This document shows, piece by piece, positions 42,345 to 56,520 of a stretch of DNA of 64,000 nt (positions within the stretch are counted from its first letter, which is position 1; every line of letters begins with the position of its first letter). Origin of the DNA: Eledone cirrhosa. Taxonomy: Eukaryota. The translations under genes and the position numbers were made by a program. Location of the stretch: contig OZ024741.1 in assembly GCA_964016885.1 (NCBI GenBank), positions 140,802,001 to 140,866,000 on the forward strand, read 5' to 3'. The notes beneath the pieces were generated by a model. It made no database searches. It was given only the letters and a program-made list of their open reading frames with translations, and had not been told where the DNA came from.

Positions 42345-45000
42345 AGGGTTAAAATACTGGAGCGTGTTGGAGTTAAACACCCTCTTCGTATTATAGAAAT
42401 GACAGTAAAAGGTATAGCTCAATGTAGTTAAACAGAGCCGAAGAATTAAGAAAGTAAAACAAAGAAGCCTTCAATACATCAAAAGTCTTTATTAGCCGAC
42501 AATGTATCGTCCTATTAAGGACTCATCAGGAAGTATTAACTAATATCCCTAGGTCTTTCTTTTCTATCTTAGAGAATAATTTCCCCCCTTCTCATAAATA
42601 CCATAGTATTTTTAATAAAAATGTTATTAAACTTTCATTCTCTACCACCCCTAATATTAGTTCTCATTTAGCTAGCACTAACAGTAGGAAAATTAGGGAT
42701 GGATTCTCCTCTCTACATACTACTAGTCTGAACAGATCTGGAAATGCATTACCACCAGAACAGACCTTATCTAATAGCAATCCTACGTGTAATGCATCAC
42801 CACTTGAGCCAACCAATAACACCCGGAAGTGCAACTGTAGAGTGAGTGCTAACTGCCCTTTAAACGGTAACTGCCTTTCTAAGAACATTGTCTATGCTTG
42901 CGTAGTTGTAACTAATTCCTCTAATAGAACTTATATAGGCTCTACATCTAACACTTTTAAGACTAGGTTTAACTCTCATATCTCTAATTTCAAACATGTT
43001 ATGTTTAAGAATTCTACTTCTTTAGCACATTATATCTGGGATCTTAAGGGGGCTAATATACCATATAGCCTTAACTGGCGTTTAGTAGCACGCTCTAATC
43101 ACCTTTCTACACATACTAAATTTTGTAATCTCTGTATCCTCGAGACACACTCTATAATTTTCTCTAGCGAATCCTTACTTAATAGAAAGTCTGAGATATT
43201 CTCTTCTTGCCCCCACGCTATTTCTAATTCATACTTTTATTATAAACCTAAACGTTCTAGTAGTACAAATTGTATCAATTAGCTGATATATTCCATTACT
43301 TATTTTTTAGTTTAGGTTCTTTTGTTTACCACCATTATTATCATCATTATTATCATTGGTTTTTAACGACTCTTTATTCTAGCTCTCATAATCTTTTGGC
43401 TACTATACCATATCTATCTTCTTACGCATTAAATGTTCACTATTAACACCTTATGAATATATATCTGATTATATATTTTACATTATCTTATTTTATTTTA
43501 TTTTTATTTTTATTCGGATTCATCTTTGGATACCCCCCCCCCCCCTCACCCCCCCCCCCCCCCCCCCCCCCAATGCGCACATAAACTTGTTGTCAACCCC
43601 TCCAAATAGACTATGATTATATTTGATCCCCCCCTCTTTTACGCTCCTTTCTATTATTTAATATAGTATATTGACTATGATTTTATGCCCCTTTGTATCC
43701 TCCATATATTTCTTCATTTCTGTCCCTATTAGCCTACCATAACTCTGCTTAAGTCAGTTTTTTAGATATCGTTATGTATATGATAGTAAACAATTTCATT
43801 CCTTTTTGTAAACATTTGTAACAAAATATTAACGTTTATAAACTTTAATTACTTAAACTATAGCTAATATTATACTGCCTTATTGGATATTTTAAATATT
43901 TTTAATATTAATTTATCAAATAGGGTTTTCGAGTCATTTACCGGGGTTATTTCCTTAGTTTTTACATAACTGCATGTGAGACCTAAATGTATACTTTTGT
44001 TTTTGTTTTTTAATTTCCGGTTGATTCTATTTATTTATTTTATTCTATATTTTATATTTTATATTTTATTTGTAATACTACTGTGCATTATATTTACTGT
44101 CTGGCCCTTACTCACTCATCCACATACATGTCTGTTTACCAACCTTGTAATTATAAGTAATTATATATTATATTATGTTAATTATTTTATATAATATATT
44201 ACATTATATTGTATTTGTTATTGTAATATCGATCCTTATTACTTACCGTTAATTATATGTAACATTATGATATGTTAAACTTTATATATCATGTAAGATG
44301 TTTATATTTTTTTTGTACCATCATAATTTTTGGGTATTGTACAATTTATTTTTCCTCACCTACTCTGTAACTCTATATGAATTGATTTGTTAACTTGAAT
44401 GCCATTATATATTGTATATTATAAATGTTAGTATATTATTATTATAGTATTATTGCGACATCTATATTGTTTGTGTAAATTAACCGGAGATTATCTATTC
44501 TATTATATTATATTATATAGTATATAATTGTATAGTTTATTATTTATTATATGTGCTACTTATAATAATATCATATTATTACCTCATGTATATTATTATT
44601 ATTATTATTATTTTCATTCCTATCATGCTTATTTTTATATTTAAACTCTTAATTTTTATATTTAACTCTTAATATTGGGTATATGTATTATTATTATTAT
44701 TATTATTATTTTCATTCCTATCATGCTTATTTTTATATTTAAACTCTTAATAGGGTTTAATTTGTGCAGTTGAAAATGGATATGTGTATTGATGTATGTG
44801 TATGTGTGCGTACGTGTGCGTACATATATACATATGTATATTGTACCTTTTAATTTTTATCGTAATTTTAATAGTGGTAAAGGTATATTATATTATATTA
44901 CATTGTATTATATATAATTCCTGCTCTATATAACCACCTTTGTTTAGTTCTAGGGTTTTTTTGCTTTGGACTATATTTGTAATATGGTTCTTAATGTTAT
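42345..45000 (+). mobile_element. Penelope-like (Naiad-type) 3' fragment with an inverted terminal-repeat piece at its 5' end
   Basis: From ~42560: FPPSHKYHSIFNKNVIKLSFSTTPN..CNCR..CPLNGNCL..NIVYAC..YIGSTSNTFKTRFNSH..CNLCILE..LLNRKSEIFSSCPH (stop 43282). 42345-42540 is an opposite-strand tail with a hammerhead. Confidence 0.85.
42491..42538 (-). ncRNA. Degenerate hammerhead (GAAA to GATA)
   Basis: Minus strand: CTGATGA-GTCC(TTAATA)GGAC-GATA-CATTG-TC|GG. Stem II is perfect and stem I is weak. Confidence 0.6.
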
Positions 45001-45049
45001 ACACCTCCTTAGTAATTTTTATTATATATTTTTATTAATTTTATTATAT

Positions 45050-45212
45050 ATTTTTACCCATAATCTTGCAATACATTAGTGTATGTACACTCCATATTCT
45101 TCGGAGTTTCCGGCTTGTATTGGCCGATAATACTTCTTGTTGTTTTAATTGCACACATATATATACAAACATACACATACATACATATACATATAAATAT
45201 ACACACACACAT

Positions 45213-45259
<47 letters not shown>

Positions 45260-46386
45260 TACAAACATACACACATCCATACATATATATACACAAACCC
45301 ACATACATATATACCCACACGTACATACATCCATACATACCTACACACATATATGTGTGTGTCTCACCGTTCACTCAGATATTCTTGTGTATACATGAGA
45401 AGAGGGGAGGTGGTAGTGAAATGGAATTTTACTTCCGAGTGTTAATTCATTTTTTCGTGTTCAGTAGTGGTTTAAATTTTTCAATGAAGAATTCTTCTTT
45501 ATATCTGCGGAAATGTTCGTTATCCGACCATATCTTGAAGAAAGGAAGATTGTGAATTTTCCCTTCCCGCATGATGCAAAGTGTGCGCTACATGTGGTAT
45601 TTCTGACTGTGGGGTCTTTAATTTGTTGTTTATGTACCCGGACTCTATCATGTAATCCCGTTCCGGTTTCCCCAATGTAATACTCTTTACACTGTGGACA
45701 TGTTGCGCAATATATTAGGTTTTTCGTTTTGCAGTTCATGTATTCCTACATATGCCCGTGTGTGTATGTACGTGTATACGCACATATGTGTGTGTTGAAC
45801 AAAGGACTAATTTTGGGATGGACGTAGAAAAATTCTTCATAAAAAATAAAAAAAATAATTATTTACAAACTTGACAGGTGCGATTTGCCTGTGACCATTC
45901 TCAACACAAAAGGATTACTAAAAGTTTTTCCCCTGAATAAAGGAATGTTTCGAGAATGACCGGAGCAGGCCGCACTTGCTACATTTCTCCCCACCCAACC
46001 CTACTCACCGTCTCAACTCATTACTGCTATTAACACTTTTTCAACACACCTACACCCATACACTTATTAAAGGGGGAGAAAAGAAACCCCCACTACACAA
46101 CAGACATGTTAAATCCCTATATATAGAACAACACACCACATACACATCAGTTTGACAAGCGCACCTCAGCGTGAAAGGTCGTTCTAAAAACGAAACAATA
46201 CCTCCTACGTTAACCAAGAACTCCTAAGACCTAACCAACAACCGACAACTTAATTTATAAAATAATTTTTTTTAAGGAAAAAAAAAAAAAAAATGTTCTA
46301 ATCCGGGAAAAAAATTATTTTTCGATTTTGTGAAGAAAATAAATTTGTTGAAAGCACAAGTGAAGCCATTTTTTCTTCCCCCTGTC

Positions 46387-46394
<8 letters not shown>
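45050..46394 (-). mobile_element. Penelope-like GIY-YIG C-terminal fragment; includes the right arm (45608-46394) of the inverted repeat
   Basis: ORF 45461..45739 has NLIYCATC..C...YIGETG..R...H. A shifted frame ends RRYKEEFFIEKFKPLLN. Confidence 0.85.
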
Positions 46395-46418
<24 letters not shown>

Positions 46419-46510
46419 CGCGTACATTAAGAAAAAGCGAAGTTGTTTTTTATTGCATTTCGCAGAGGATTAGCTATGTAAAAGCTAATTAATGTAAACG
46501 AAACTTCATC

Positions 46511-46592
<82 letters not shown>

Positions 46593-49460
46593 ACGACGAA
46601 ATTAATGTAGAAGAAGAAAATTGAACGAAATGTGAGGTTAAGCTGCAAATAGATAACAGATGCTGAACAAAACATGCATAAAAGTTGGAGAAATTTGTAA
46701 TATGAAAATGGTTAGGCCGAAGTAAATGGAGTAAGAATAATTTGCTAATAATGAAAACGATACCAAATTAAAACACACGGATATGTCTTATGCTTAAATA
46801 TATACACACACATGATTATACATTAATCAGCCGAATAGTAACGATTTCCCTGAAAATATACATATATAACTGTATCGTACACTGGCTGCTTATCGCATTT
46901 CTTAATATATATCTTAATTAACTATCAATACTATGCAAATCGGTACGTAACTATTGCATTACTTTCCAATGATATATACTTTTGTTTTAACTTCATACGA
47001 TCTCCATGAAACGAACAACCTGCATAAAGAAGCAATGTATATAAAGAAGCAATGTGTATAAAGTCTTCATATATGTGAGTGTGTGCGTATGTGTGTATGT
47101 CTAACATATGTGCTTAGGGGATTATGCATGTATGTGAGGGTGTGTGTCTGTATGTTTGTTTATCAGGTATGCTTAGGGGCTTATGAATTCAAATATACCT
47201 GGTTATATCTTTATGTAGAATCCTGTTCGATGATATAGTCATGTGTGTGTATGTATGTATATATACACATATATTTATATACATATATGTGCGTGTATGT
47301 GTGTGTATCTGTGTGTTTGTGTCACTATGTGTGTATATGTATGTAGTGGGTGGGTGTAAATAATATACATATATCTACATCATATGTGCTATCTGTCTTA
47401 GTTATTTAGGAAATGTGCAATATATGAAAACCTATTGTACAACTTGTCTCTAAGTGTTTTGGTTCTAAGTCATTATGCTACATTTAGGTGGAAATAACGC
47501 CCTATGGTCATGTCTTCCTAAGCCACACACATATTCATTTATAATGACCTCGGCACCATTAAAACTTCTAGTTAACGCAACGGAATAAAGCCATAAAAAA
47601 TTTATTTTCGAATCCATAAATTTCTTTCTTGTTGACGTCAGACTCTTCCCGAAATAAACATGAAAAAAAAATTATTACCATGCAATTCGAAATTCATTTG
47701 AGTAATTTTCACAACTTAATTAAATAAAATGATTCTACAATGTTTAATCCAATTATCGATTTTTTATTTTTTTATTTTTTTACAAATATTCTACAATATA
47801 AATTATGTAGAAATGTATGTATAAGTAATGCAACACCAATTCACAAACAACTGTTACATTCGCACAGACATACATTCTAAGACTTAAGTTGTTAAACATA
47901 CTAGAAACCAAGTTAGTTCATAGAATGACGGGAAATAGTTATCGATCAACATATTTTACAACTCACTGGCGCAAACTTTGACAGTCGCAATAAATCATGT
48001 TACGTATACATTTGAGTGTATTATGTCTGTGTGTCTGTGGGCCTATGTGTGTATGTGTGTATGTGTACACGCACACGCGTCTGAGTGTGTTTCGGATCTA
48101 CGTAGGTGCCAACGAGTGTTCCAATTGTTTGATCAACTGAAACGCTTTTTTATGAAGTGACTCGGCATTCTACAGTCACTTGGGCAGTTATTTTAGTTCT
48201 CAGAAAGATTCAGGATCACATATTGTGTGACAAGGCTGGCCCCTTGAATTGCTGGTGCAAATCTGTTTAACCAGGCGGGTAGTATTTGTGACATTATGAC
48301 TAACACCCTAACTACAGATCCTCACGCCTTGACAACGCACATTCCTATACAGAATTTGCACATTTAAATATTCAAATACACACGTGTATGTATATCTATG
48401 TTTACATACCCTCTCCAAGTAAACTTTTCGATGGCCGTTGACGCTAATGAGTTCTTCCGACCGTTTACGTGTTTTCATATTGGGATGTTCAAATCAATCC
48501 ACTCCTTACCAAACTACCTGGATGGAATTAGTAGTTGAGACGCCGGCGACCAGACCATTTGACAAGTTATACTGGTTTTCATGTTACCAGTAGCGTTCCA
48601 GAGCGATCTGTTATACTGTGGGCATATCCAGCGTCTCGAATGTTTCCTCCAGCAATGCTTGCATCTTCAAGATGTCTGGAGGTCTCATACACTAGATACT
48701 GATGTGCTGCAGCGCACCTAGTCTCTATGCATGGTAGTGTCTCCGGATATCAGGTCACAGAGTACGCACAGAGGACATCAGATTCCCAACGCAAATAGTG
48801 TATATAGAGCTGTTGAAAGGCAAAGACCTGTTATTCAAGCCACACAAGCTCTTTAAAGACCCTAAGTTACCCTAAATTAGGTCAACATTAAGACAGAAAT
48901 ATATGAAATTCTTGCAACAGGCATAATCCAGTGCCCAAATCTGATCGTTGCCGGTTTAAGGAATATGAAAAGAAGCAGAAAGCCTATGCTGACGGGAAGG
49001 TAACAGCTAAATATGAGACTTATTAGTCTTCTTCTTACATGTGGGGATTAGACTGTGTATGCATGTGAAAGGATTGGCCGCTAAGCCATATAAAACTTCA
49101 TACTCGTGGAAATAACACATTTCTGTACATATACTCTATGACTTTGTATGTGACATGTGTACGAACGTGTGTCATTATGCACGAGACCGCCCAGCAGCTC
49201 GCCAATCAAATTCAAGCAGGCGTGAAACTTACCTTCAAACAACGTGATATGACATGTAAGTTACTTCCTTGTTTGATGAGCCATCTATGGCAGCATCAAC
49301 GACATCAGCATCAATAACACGTTTTGCCAATGACTGATGAGGTAAGTTCTACACAGATCCTACAGTCAGATCAAGAAATAAGCTGAAAATGCGAGTTCAT
49401 TGTAACATTTCTTTTCAGTCAACACGTACTGAGTGCTCATATACTTCAAAAGCACACTCA

Positions 49461-49605
<145 letters not shown>

Positions 49606-50358
49606 TATGTTTCTTTATTAGCCACAGGGGCACGAAAGAAGGGGACAAATACAAAGGGGGAAGTTTACATACAATAAAAACCTGTAAAATAGTATCACAA
49701 ATGCAATTTAAAAAATTAGTCGATTTTCCCCAATAGGGAAGGACAGTTCATATGGGTAACACATACCCCCGAAAAATGTGCAACCCTCATCTCCAGGAGT
49801 ACGAAGAGTTGGTACTGCTTTCCTCTCCTCCTCCTTTTCCTCAACCTACAGGCTGATATAGAGAGAAGGCCCATTCACTCGGGCCATTCTCGCCTCTTTC
49901 ACCCACCTTTCATAAAACTTGCTGGGGTACAGCACCTCTCTCTCCATCCTGATTCTTTTTCCAAAGTGGTATTTGAAAAAAAGTATCAGTTGTCTGACCT
50001 CAGCCCTTTCAACCTTGTCCACCATACAACCTCTTTCGCCATAGCTATCACACAAAGGAAAACCGTATCTCCTTCGTTTTTGAAGGAAGGTGGCGGTTTG
50101 ATCATGACAATGGACTCGGTGGTCAACCGGATTGGTCCCACCCGCGACAATAGTTGTTCTACATAGCCCCACAGGACAGTGACGCCCGGGCAGTGTATGA
50201 ATGCGTGCGCGACGGTTTCTTCGTCACGCAGGCACCTCGGACAGATCTTTTTTGCAGGGTCCCTGCCCGGGCGCCCATGTCTGTAGAGCTTGTCTCGAAC
50301 TGGTAGAGCTTCTCGGTAGCACTGCCAGGCCAGGGACTTTTAGAAGTTGTCCATCGAA
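49606..50358 (-). mobile_element. L1/Tx1-like LINE 3' fragment
   Basis: Homologous to 50680-51215 (C-terminal Cys motif, QLILFFKYHF..RMEREVL). Ends TGTGGCTAATAAAGAAAC next to (TC)n. Confidence 0.85.
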
Positions 50359-50359
50359 C

Positions 50360-50432
<73 letters not shown>
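50360..50432. repeat. (GATA)n microsatellite
   Basis: Directly visible. Confidence 0.95.
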
Positions 50433-53290
50433 TCTTTCTTTATTTGCCACAGGGCGTACAAAAATGGGACATTACAAGACGTGACGGCGGGGGTTTTACA
50501 TAAAAATAACTTTAACATCAATAAATAACAATAAACTATATATAATAAAATAACAATTGAAATCCCCAGTAAGGGGGAACGTTACTGCAGGGATGTTTTA
50601 CACTCCGTGGATAGAACAACCCTCAACACCAGGAACACGTGTTGTAGGTGTTCCTGTCTTCCCTCTGTTTATCTTCCTCAACCTACAGGTTTATATACAG
50701 AGAAGGCCCATTAACTCGGACCATTTTTGCCACATTCACCCACCTTTCAGCGAATTTACTGGGGTGTAGCACCTCTCTCTCCACTCTCACCTTCCTTCTG
50801 AAGTGATACTTAAAGAAGAGGATAAGTTGTTGTCCGGAGAGAAAGGTGTTTGCCCTCAGTCCTTTTAACCTCGTCCACCATATTACCTCTTTCGCCATAG
50901 CCACCAGACAGAGGAAAACCGCCTCTCCTTCGTTCTTAAATGAAGGCGGTTGGGTGATCCTCACGATGGACTCGGCTGACAACTGGATGCGTCCCACACG
51001 TGACAGCAGTTGTTCGACATAATTCCACTGCACTGGTCGGTCACCCCTGTGCACTGAACAGTTGCGTGCAGAACGGTTTCGATGTCCTGCTCGCATCTTG
51101 GACAGGTCCTTTTGGCAGGATCTCTGTCAGGTCGTCCGTGCCTGTAGCTTTTATCTCGAACTGGTAGAGCTCCTCCGTAGCACTTCCAGGCCAGAGACCG
51201 CTGGAAGTTATCCATAGGACCTGGACGGAATGTCCTCCCGAACAGACTGGTCAGTTCGTCCTCCTCGACGCCTAGAGTTTCCCCGAGAACGTCGTCGCAC
51301 TTATCCTCCACTAATCCCCTATAGAATGTCGAAGTGGAGTCTCCGCTGATTGCCGTTTCCGCTTGGTAGAAGGCTGTGAGCGCCTGTAGGCACTCGAGGT
51401 GCCAGGCACCCATTTTCGGTCTTCGCTTGACCAAGGACTGCAGCTCTGTTAGTGAGACGAGTTGTGGAAGAGCTAGTCTCACAAACGAGAGCCACACCAG
51501 TTCACCGGTCAGGAATACCTGGAGATGGCGTAGCCTCAGCGCATTTTTGCGCATCATCAGCCAGGGCATGCCCATCCCTCCGTTAGAAGGGTGTTGACAG
51601 CAGATGGATCTCCTCATAAATGGAGCCTGTTTCCTCCAGAGGAACTTGAAGAAGAGGCGTTCCATTTTGGTAAGGTATTCCCGGGGGCAAGGCACGACTG
51701 TCAAGCGGTAGTAGATGACGGACGCTATGTAAGTGTTCGCCACCTCCGCTCGACATTTCAAGGAGAGTTTGCACTCAGCCCACTTCTGGGTAAGTGCAAA
51801 CAACTTCGCCGTGACCTCGTTCCAGTTCTTGTCCACCTGGAGGTCTGGACCGAACCAGACCCCGAGCAATTTCACCGCTCCTTCCATCCAGCGTCCAACG
51901 ACACTGTCGGAAGGCATGGGTTTGCCTCTCCATGTGCCGAGTTACAAATGCAAACCGACAGACTTGTTTGGGTTTAGTCTTGCTCCTGTCAACGTTTCGT
52001 ATTCCTGTAATAGGTTGCCGATTACCCTGATTTCTGAGATTTTCGACACCATTACGGCTATGTCGTCGGCATAGCCCGACGCTGCTTTCCGCAGTCCTGG
52101 TTCGATCGGGATGCCCTGCAACAGCTCCAACTTCCGCAGTAACGGCTCGAGAGTCAGTATATACAGAGTGGAGGAGAGAGGGCATCCCTGACGTATGGAA
52201 CACATGATTTGGAATGGCTCTGATAGGTAGCCATTCGCCTTGACTGCCGAGCAGATGCTGGTGTGCATGGAAACGATCCAGCCTCTGAAAACTGGACCGA
52301 AGACGGCCTCCTTGAGAACTGCTTCCAAGTACTGATAGTCGACCCTACCAAATGCCTTAGACTGATCTAAATTGATCAGAGCACCACCGAAGCCAGATTT
52401 ACACCCTACCCTCTCTACGATGTATCGCATGAGGTGGAGGTTGTCGTGTATGGACCTGGTCGGGATTGCACACGTTTGGGCTTCCCCTACCAGATTCTTG
52501 ACGATAAGCGCCAGCTGTGCTGCTAACACCTTGGCCAAAATCTTTAACTCTGTGTTGAGCAGGGTTATGGGCCTTAAATTGCTTATCTCATCCCCCTTGT
52601 TCTCATTTTTCCTGATCAGCGTTACTACGCCTCTGCCTACACAACTGGGAATCCTCCCGTTCTGGGCCAGTTGCAGTAGACCGCTTCGAGGACGCCAGAG
52701 AACAAGTCTGGCATGCCTATGTAAAACACATAGGGTAGATCATCTAAAGTGGGTGAATGGCGTTTCCTGCAGCGGCCTGGGCATCTTCTATTTCGCCCGC
52801 TGTGATCGGCCTTTCGCAGCTCTGTGCATCCGTGCTCGAGAGTCGCGGTACGCCGTGGAGGTAGGAGCTGAAGTCCATCACCTCGCTCGATGAACCGCTT
52901 TGCCCGAACAGTTGTGCAAAATGCTGCTGGAAGACCATGCACATCTGCTTGGATTCAAATATAATGCGTCCATCTTTGTCTTGCTAAGACCGAATTGTGG
53001 ATTTGTTGCCACTTTTCGCCTCTGCCACTCGGGCCCAGCTAACAGCTTTGGCTCCCCCGTTTCTTAGAGCACTTGTTCTACTTCTGACAATACAACCTTC
53101 GTGTTTCACGTTGAAGAACTGGTCTAGTGCCGTTCTCGCTGCTAGCACGTCAGCTGTACTGAAATTCCTAAGTGCTTCTTCTATTTTAGCTACCATTTCC
53201 TTTTCAGCTTTGTTTTTTTTCTAAAGCTACTTCCTTGCTAAATGCTATCTATTCTATTCTAATTGCTCCCGTCAGAGAGCTCCAGCAGCT
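50433..53290 (-). mobile_element. L1/Tx1-like LINE ORF2 (RT and Cys-rich C-terminus), decayed and 5'-truncated
   Basis: QTCAIPTRSIHDN, LDQSKAFGRV, IRQGCPLS, YADD, KLLGVWF, GGMGMP, CPRC...ETVLHA...C. Several stops and frameshifts. Confidence 0.93.
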
Positions 53291-53299
53291 GTTGTACAG

Positions 53300-56200
53300 A
53301 ACAACTGATTTGATGTTCCAGCTCCTGAGATGAAAGAATGGTATTTAACTAATGTAATGGTACACGATGGGGCCCACCCACAGCCCCGGCGGACAGAATA
53401 GAGAAGACGTTTCCCCGGATGACGGCAAGGGAGATGCGCTGGAAAAGCCACTCCAACTCGCGGGGCTCACACCTACGACTGGCCAGCTCAGCGCCTATGG
53501 TGGTTAGTAAGGAGGTAGCCCTGGGGCCGAGGACACCAGAGGTTTCCACTGCCAGGGGAACGACCGCAAACCTGTCGGAGAGCGACCGGTATTTGAGGAG
53601 TTTGGCCCCCTCAGCCCGACGTGCAGCAGAACCTGGGTCAGTCGCAGACTGCATCAGGTTGCGGCTGCAGAAAGTGTCGGTGCAAGTCGCATCCCAGACG
53701 AGGGGTTTGCCACCGTGGAACGGGAAGATGGTCATGCCATCTGGCATTTTGCCGTCCCCTCGATCCAGCCCCACCGGCTCGAGCTGGGAGGGGAGCCTGC
53801 AGCGTCCAAGCCATGCTTAATGACCTCGTTGAGGGCAGTATGGCGTGGAATGCGGCCGACACCGTGGCGACAGGAAAGCGAGTGGAGGCAGAAAGAGTCC
53901 ACGGTGGAACCTCAGCGACAGTGGTGTGGCTGGCAGATCCGGAGGCCGACCTCAGGGAAACGCCGATTCGCAGGCTATGGTTGTCTAGCTGCCTGTCTGT
54001 GGAGACGGAGGGCAGAGCATGGAGCCAGGCACCACTGTGTGGTTTGGAGGCCGCACGAAAACAAGCAAGGTGGTGCTGGTCGAGCTGGCGCGTGAGCCTG
54101 TCTGAGGCCAGGCTGCACTGGATGGCATCCCAAGTGCGTTGGGGGGACTTGACGTCAACAGGGGGAGAATGAGGAGGAACGTCTACTGGGCTAAGTCCCA
54201 GCCGGTCCCACGTCTCGCAGCCGGCCTCACGTTCTCTGAACACAGAGCGTTCTGTTGTGTTTTGAAGAACCCTGCTGACGACGACGCGGCACGAGGTTAC
54301 CGACGAAAGATATGCCGGCAAAGCTAGTTAGATCGGAGACCGGTGCCTAGGCCGCTATACCTGACCGGTAAAGTGGCCTGTTGCCACCCTATGTCGTCAA
54401 ACTTAACGTTGCATATCCCCCAGGCTGCTGCTCGGATACATGTATCGAGGTCAGCGAGGAGAGATGTTTGGGTGTAGCATGGAGCGCTGCGGAGTGTATA
54501 GAGGAGCTTCGGCATGGCGAAGCAGTTCCTCAGCAGAAAGAGAGCTGGGTGGCCGTCAATCGAGCCCAGTCGGCTCGTGAGAGTCTGGAGCTGTTGAATC
54601 CTTGACCTGATGGTGGAGCGGATTGCTGGCGGGTGGATCGGTGACCCGAGGATGAGGACATCCTCTTTGAGGGTCACCTGAACCTGGCGGAGAATGGACC
54701 GCACGTCCAAGACGGCGGCTGCTAAGCTCACAGCATCGAGGCTGACGTTCACCACCTCCGACTTGGCCGAGTTGACCTGGAGGCCGATTCTCACCAGGGC
54801 ACGTATCACCGATTGGAGGTCTTAGCAGACCGTCCGTACGGGCCCGCCCAACGTAGCATCATCCAGATACCAAACGTTGAGAGTGACCGTGATACTCCGG
54901 GCGATGTGGTCAACACCAAGGGCGAACAGGAGGGGTCCCAAAGGGTCGCCCTGTTGGACCCCAGTAGACGAGGGTATGACCGTATCAGCAGCTAGGAGCA
55001 TGCTCGGGGCTCCATATGACAGGTCGGCCAGCGGGTAGGGCGAGGGGGCTCGGCTGAGGCAGTCCTCGAGCAGATGTTCCCGGCGTAAAGAGGTAAAGGT
55101 ATTCCTCATGTCAAGCTTGACAATGAGGTGCCAGGAGTCCCTGGATGCCGGTCCCGATGGGCAGCTGCTGAAGAACTGCCTGATTGCATGAGAGGCTCCC
55201 TCACAGCCACCGGACACGCCGACACCCAGTTGCACCGGACTAAACTCCCCACCCAGTTCATGTGTGACGGACTTGCAGATCACCTTGGCAGCCAGCCTCC
55301 GGAAGATATTGCCCACAGCAATGGGGCGTATGCCACCCTCTTTCTTCCTGAGAGTGGTGAGGCTGGCCGAAAAAAAGAGGCCTCGGGCGTAAGAGTCGAG
55401 GGCACCATGAATGAGCCTATTGGTGAGAGCCACAATTGCACTTAGAAGGCGGCGCCCGGCCTCAGCGGAGAGGAGGGATGTCAACTCCTTGAAGTGTCCT
55501 GGTCGGAGACATATCAACACCTCCGCAGCTGCTAGCTGGGAAGGACCTGATGGCGGACATGATACCTGCATCAGTAGCCACAAGGAGCAGGTGGGGCTCC
55601 GGTGGGGGTATGGGTCTGACATCAGTGGGTGGATCAGGGTGTTTGAGCCGCAGAGCAGCCACGATCTCCTCGGTGGTTTGGAGGACAGTGTTTTCTGAGG
55701 CAACAACTCTGCGGCCGAGACATCACCCATGATAAGCTTTGCGTTTACCTGGTCACGCAAACGCTTGGCGCTGGCTTCGGGGGTGGAGGATAGGGGGTAC
55801 CTGAGGGTGGGGTGTGTTCCCCACACACCCCGCCCTCAGGTACCCCCTATCCTCCACCCTGGGCACGCTTGAAATGGGTGCTCGCCCAAATAACGAGACA
55901 TTGGCCTTGACGAAGGCTGTGACTGGCCGGCCGCCCCGGACAGCGCCAGAGCTGGGGAGGCCGAGGGCGAGTGGGGCGAAATAGAACAGCCTCTCCCAGT
56001 CACTGGCTTGATTGGAGTCCAGGGCGCTCTCAATTGAGGAAGCGAGGGCATCGGCCACCGGCACCCGTGCCGCTCTCGGGATCCTGAGTGGGATCTTCCG
56101 GAGCCGCCTGAGCCGAGCGATTTTGACCAGCGAGGTTCGCGCGTCAGGCAAGCTCGCTGTCCCATCTGGTAGTGTGCCAGACGCCCGTGGCTGGGAAGAC

Positions 56201-56520
56201 ATGGGGAAGAGGCAGCTACTGCACCTCCACACTGCGAGGGCATTGGTAGCTCGATGAGTCAAGCCAACGCATGTGAGGTGGTGGAAGCAGCCGCACCCCA
56301 AACAGTTCCGGCCCCTCTTCCGTTTGTTAGTAGTACCGCAAGTGCTGCAGGTATCGATTTGGAGGGGTGGGGTGGGGCGTGGGGCCGGAGACTGGGGCAC
56401 CGAGCAGCATCAGGGGCGGGTGGCTGGTGTGTGTGGTAAGAGGGCAGCATAGCTCACCTATATAAATGGAGGTGCCAGAAAACGAGAGCGAAAAGGGGCT
56501 GTATGGAGTGGGAGACACAT
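53300..56520 (-). mobile_element. Near full-length CRE-like non-LTR retrotransposon (PHD finger, RT, restriction-like endonuclease), GC-rich, a few disablements
   Basis: GIRPIAVGNIFRRLAAK, KLDMRNTF, GVQQGDPLGPLLFAL and WYLDD (RT); SGAWLHALP; DGKMPDG..WD.T..D..AE..K..KY..PLAVET.G (endonuclease); CSTC..CLGC..HLTC..WRCSSC at the N-terminus. Confidence 0.9.

Noticed and set aside
46150-46185. TTGACAAG-CGC..GCG-TGAAA hammerhead-like motif (mirrored at ~41400), and a similar one at ~45090-45135 (-)
   Set aside because: Multiple core mismatches and incomplete stems; too weak to call.
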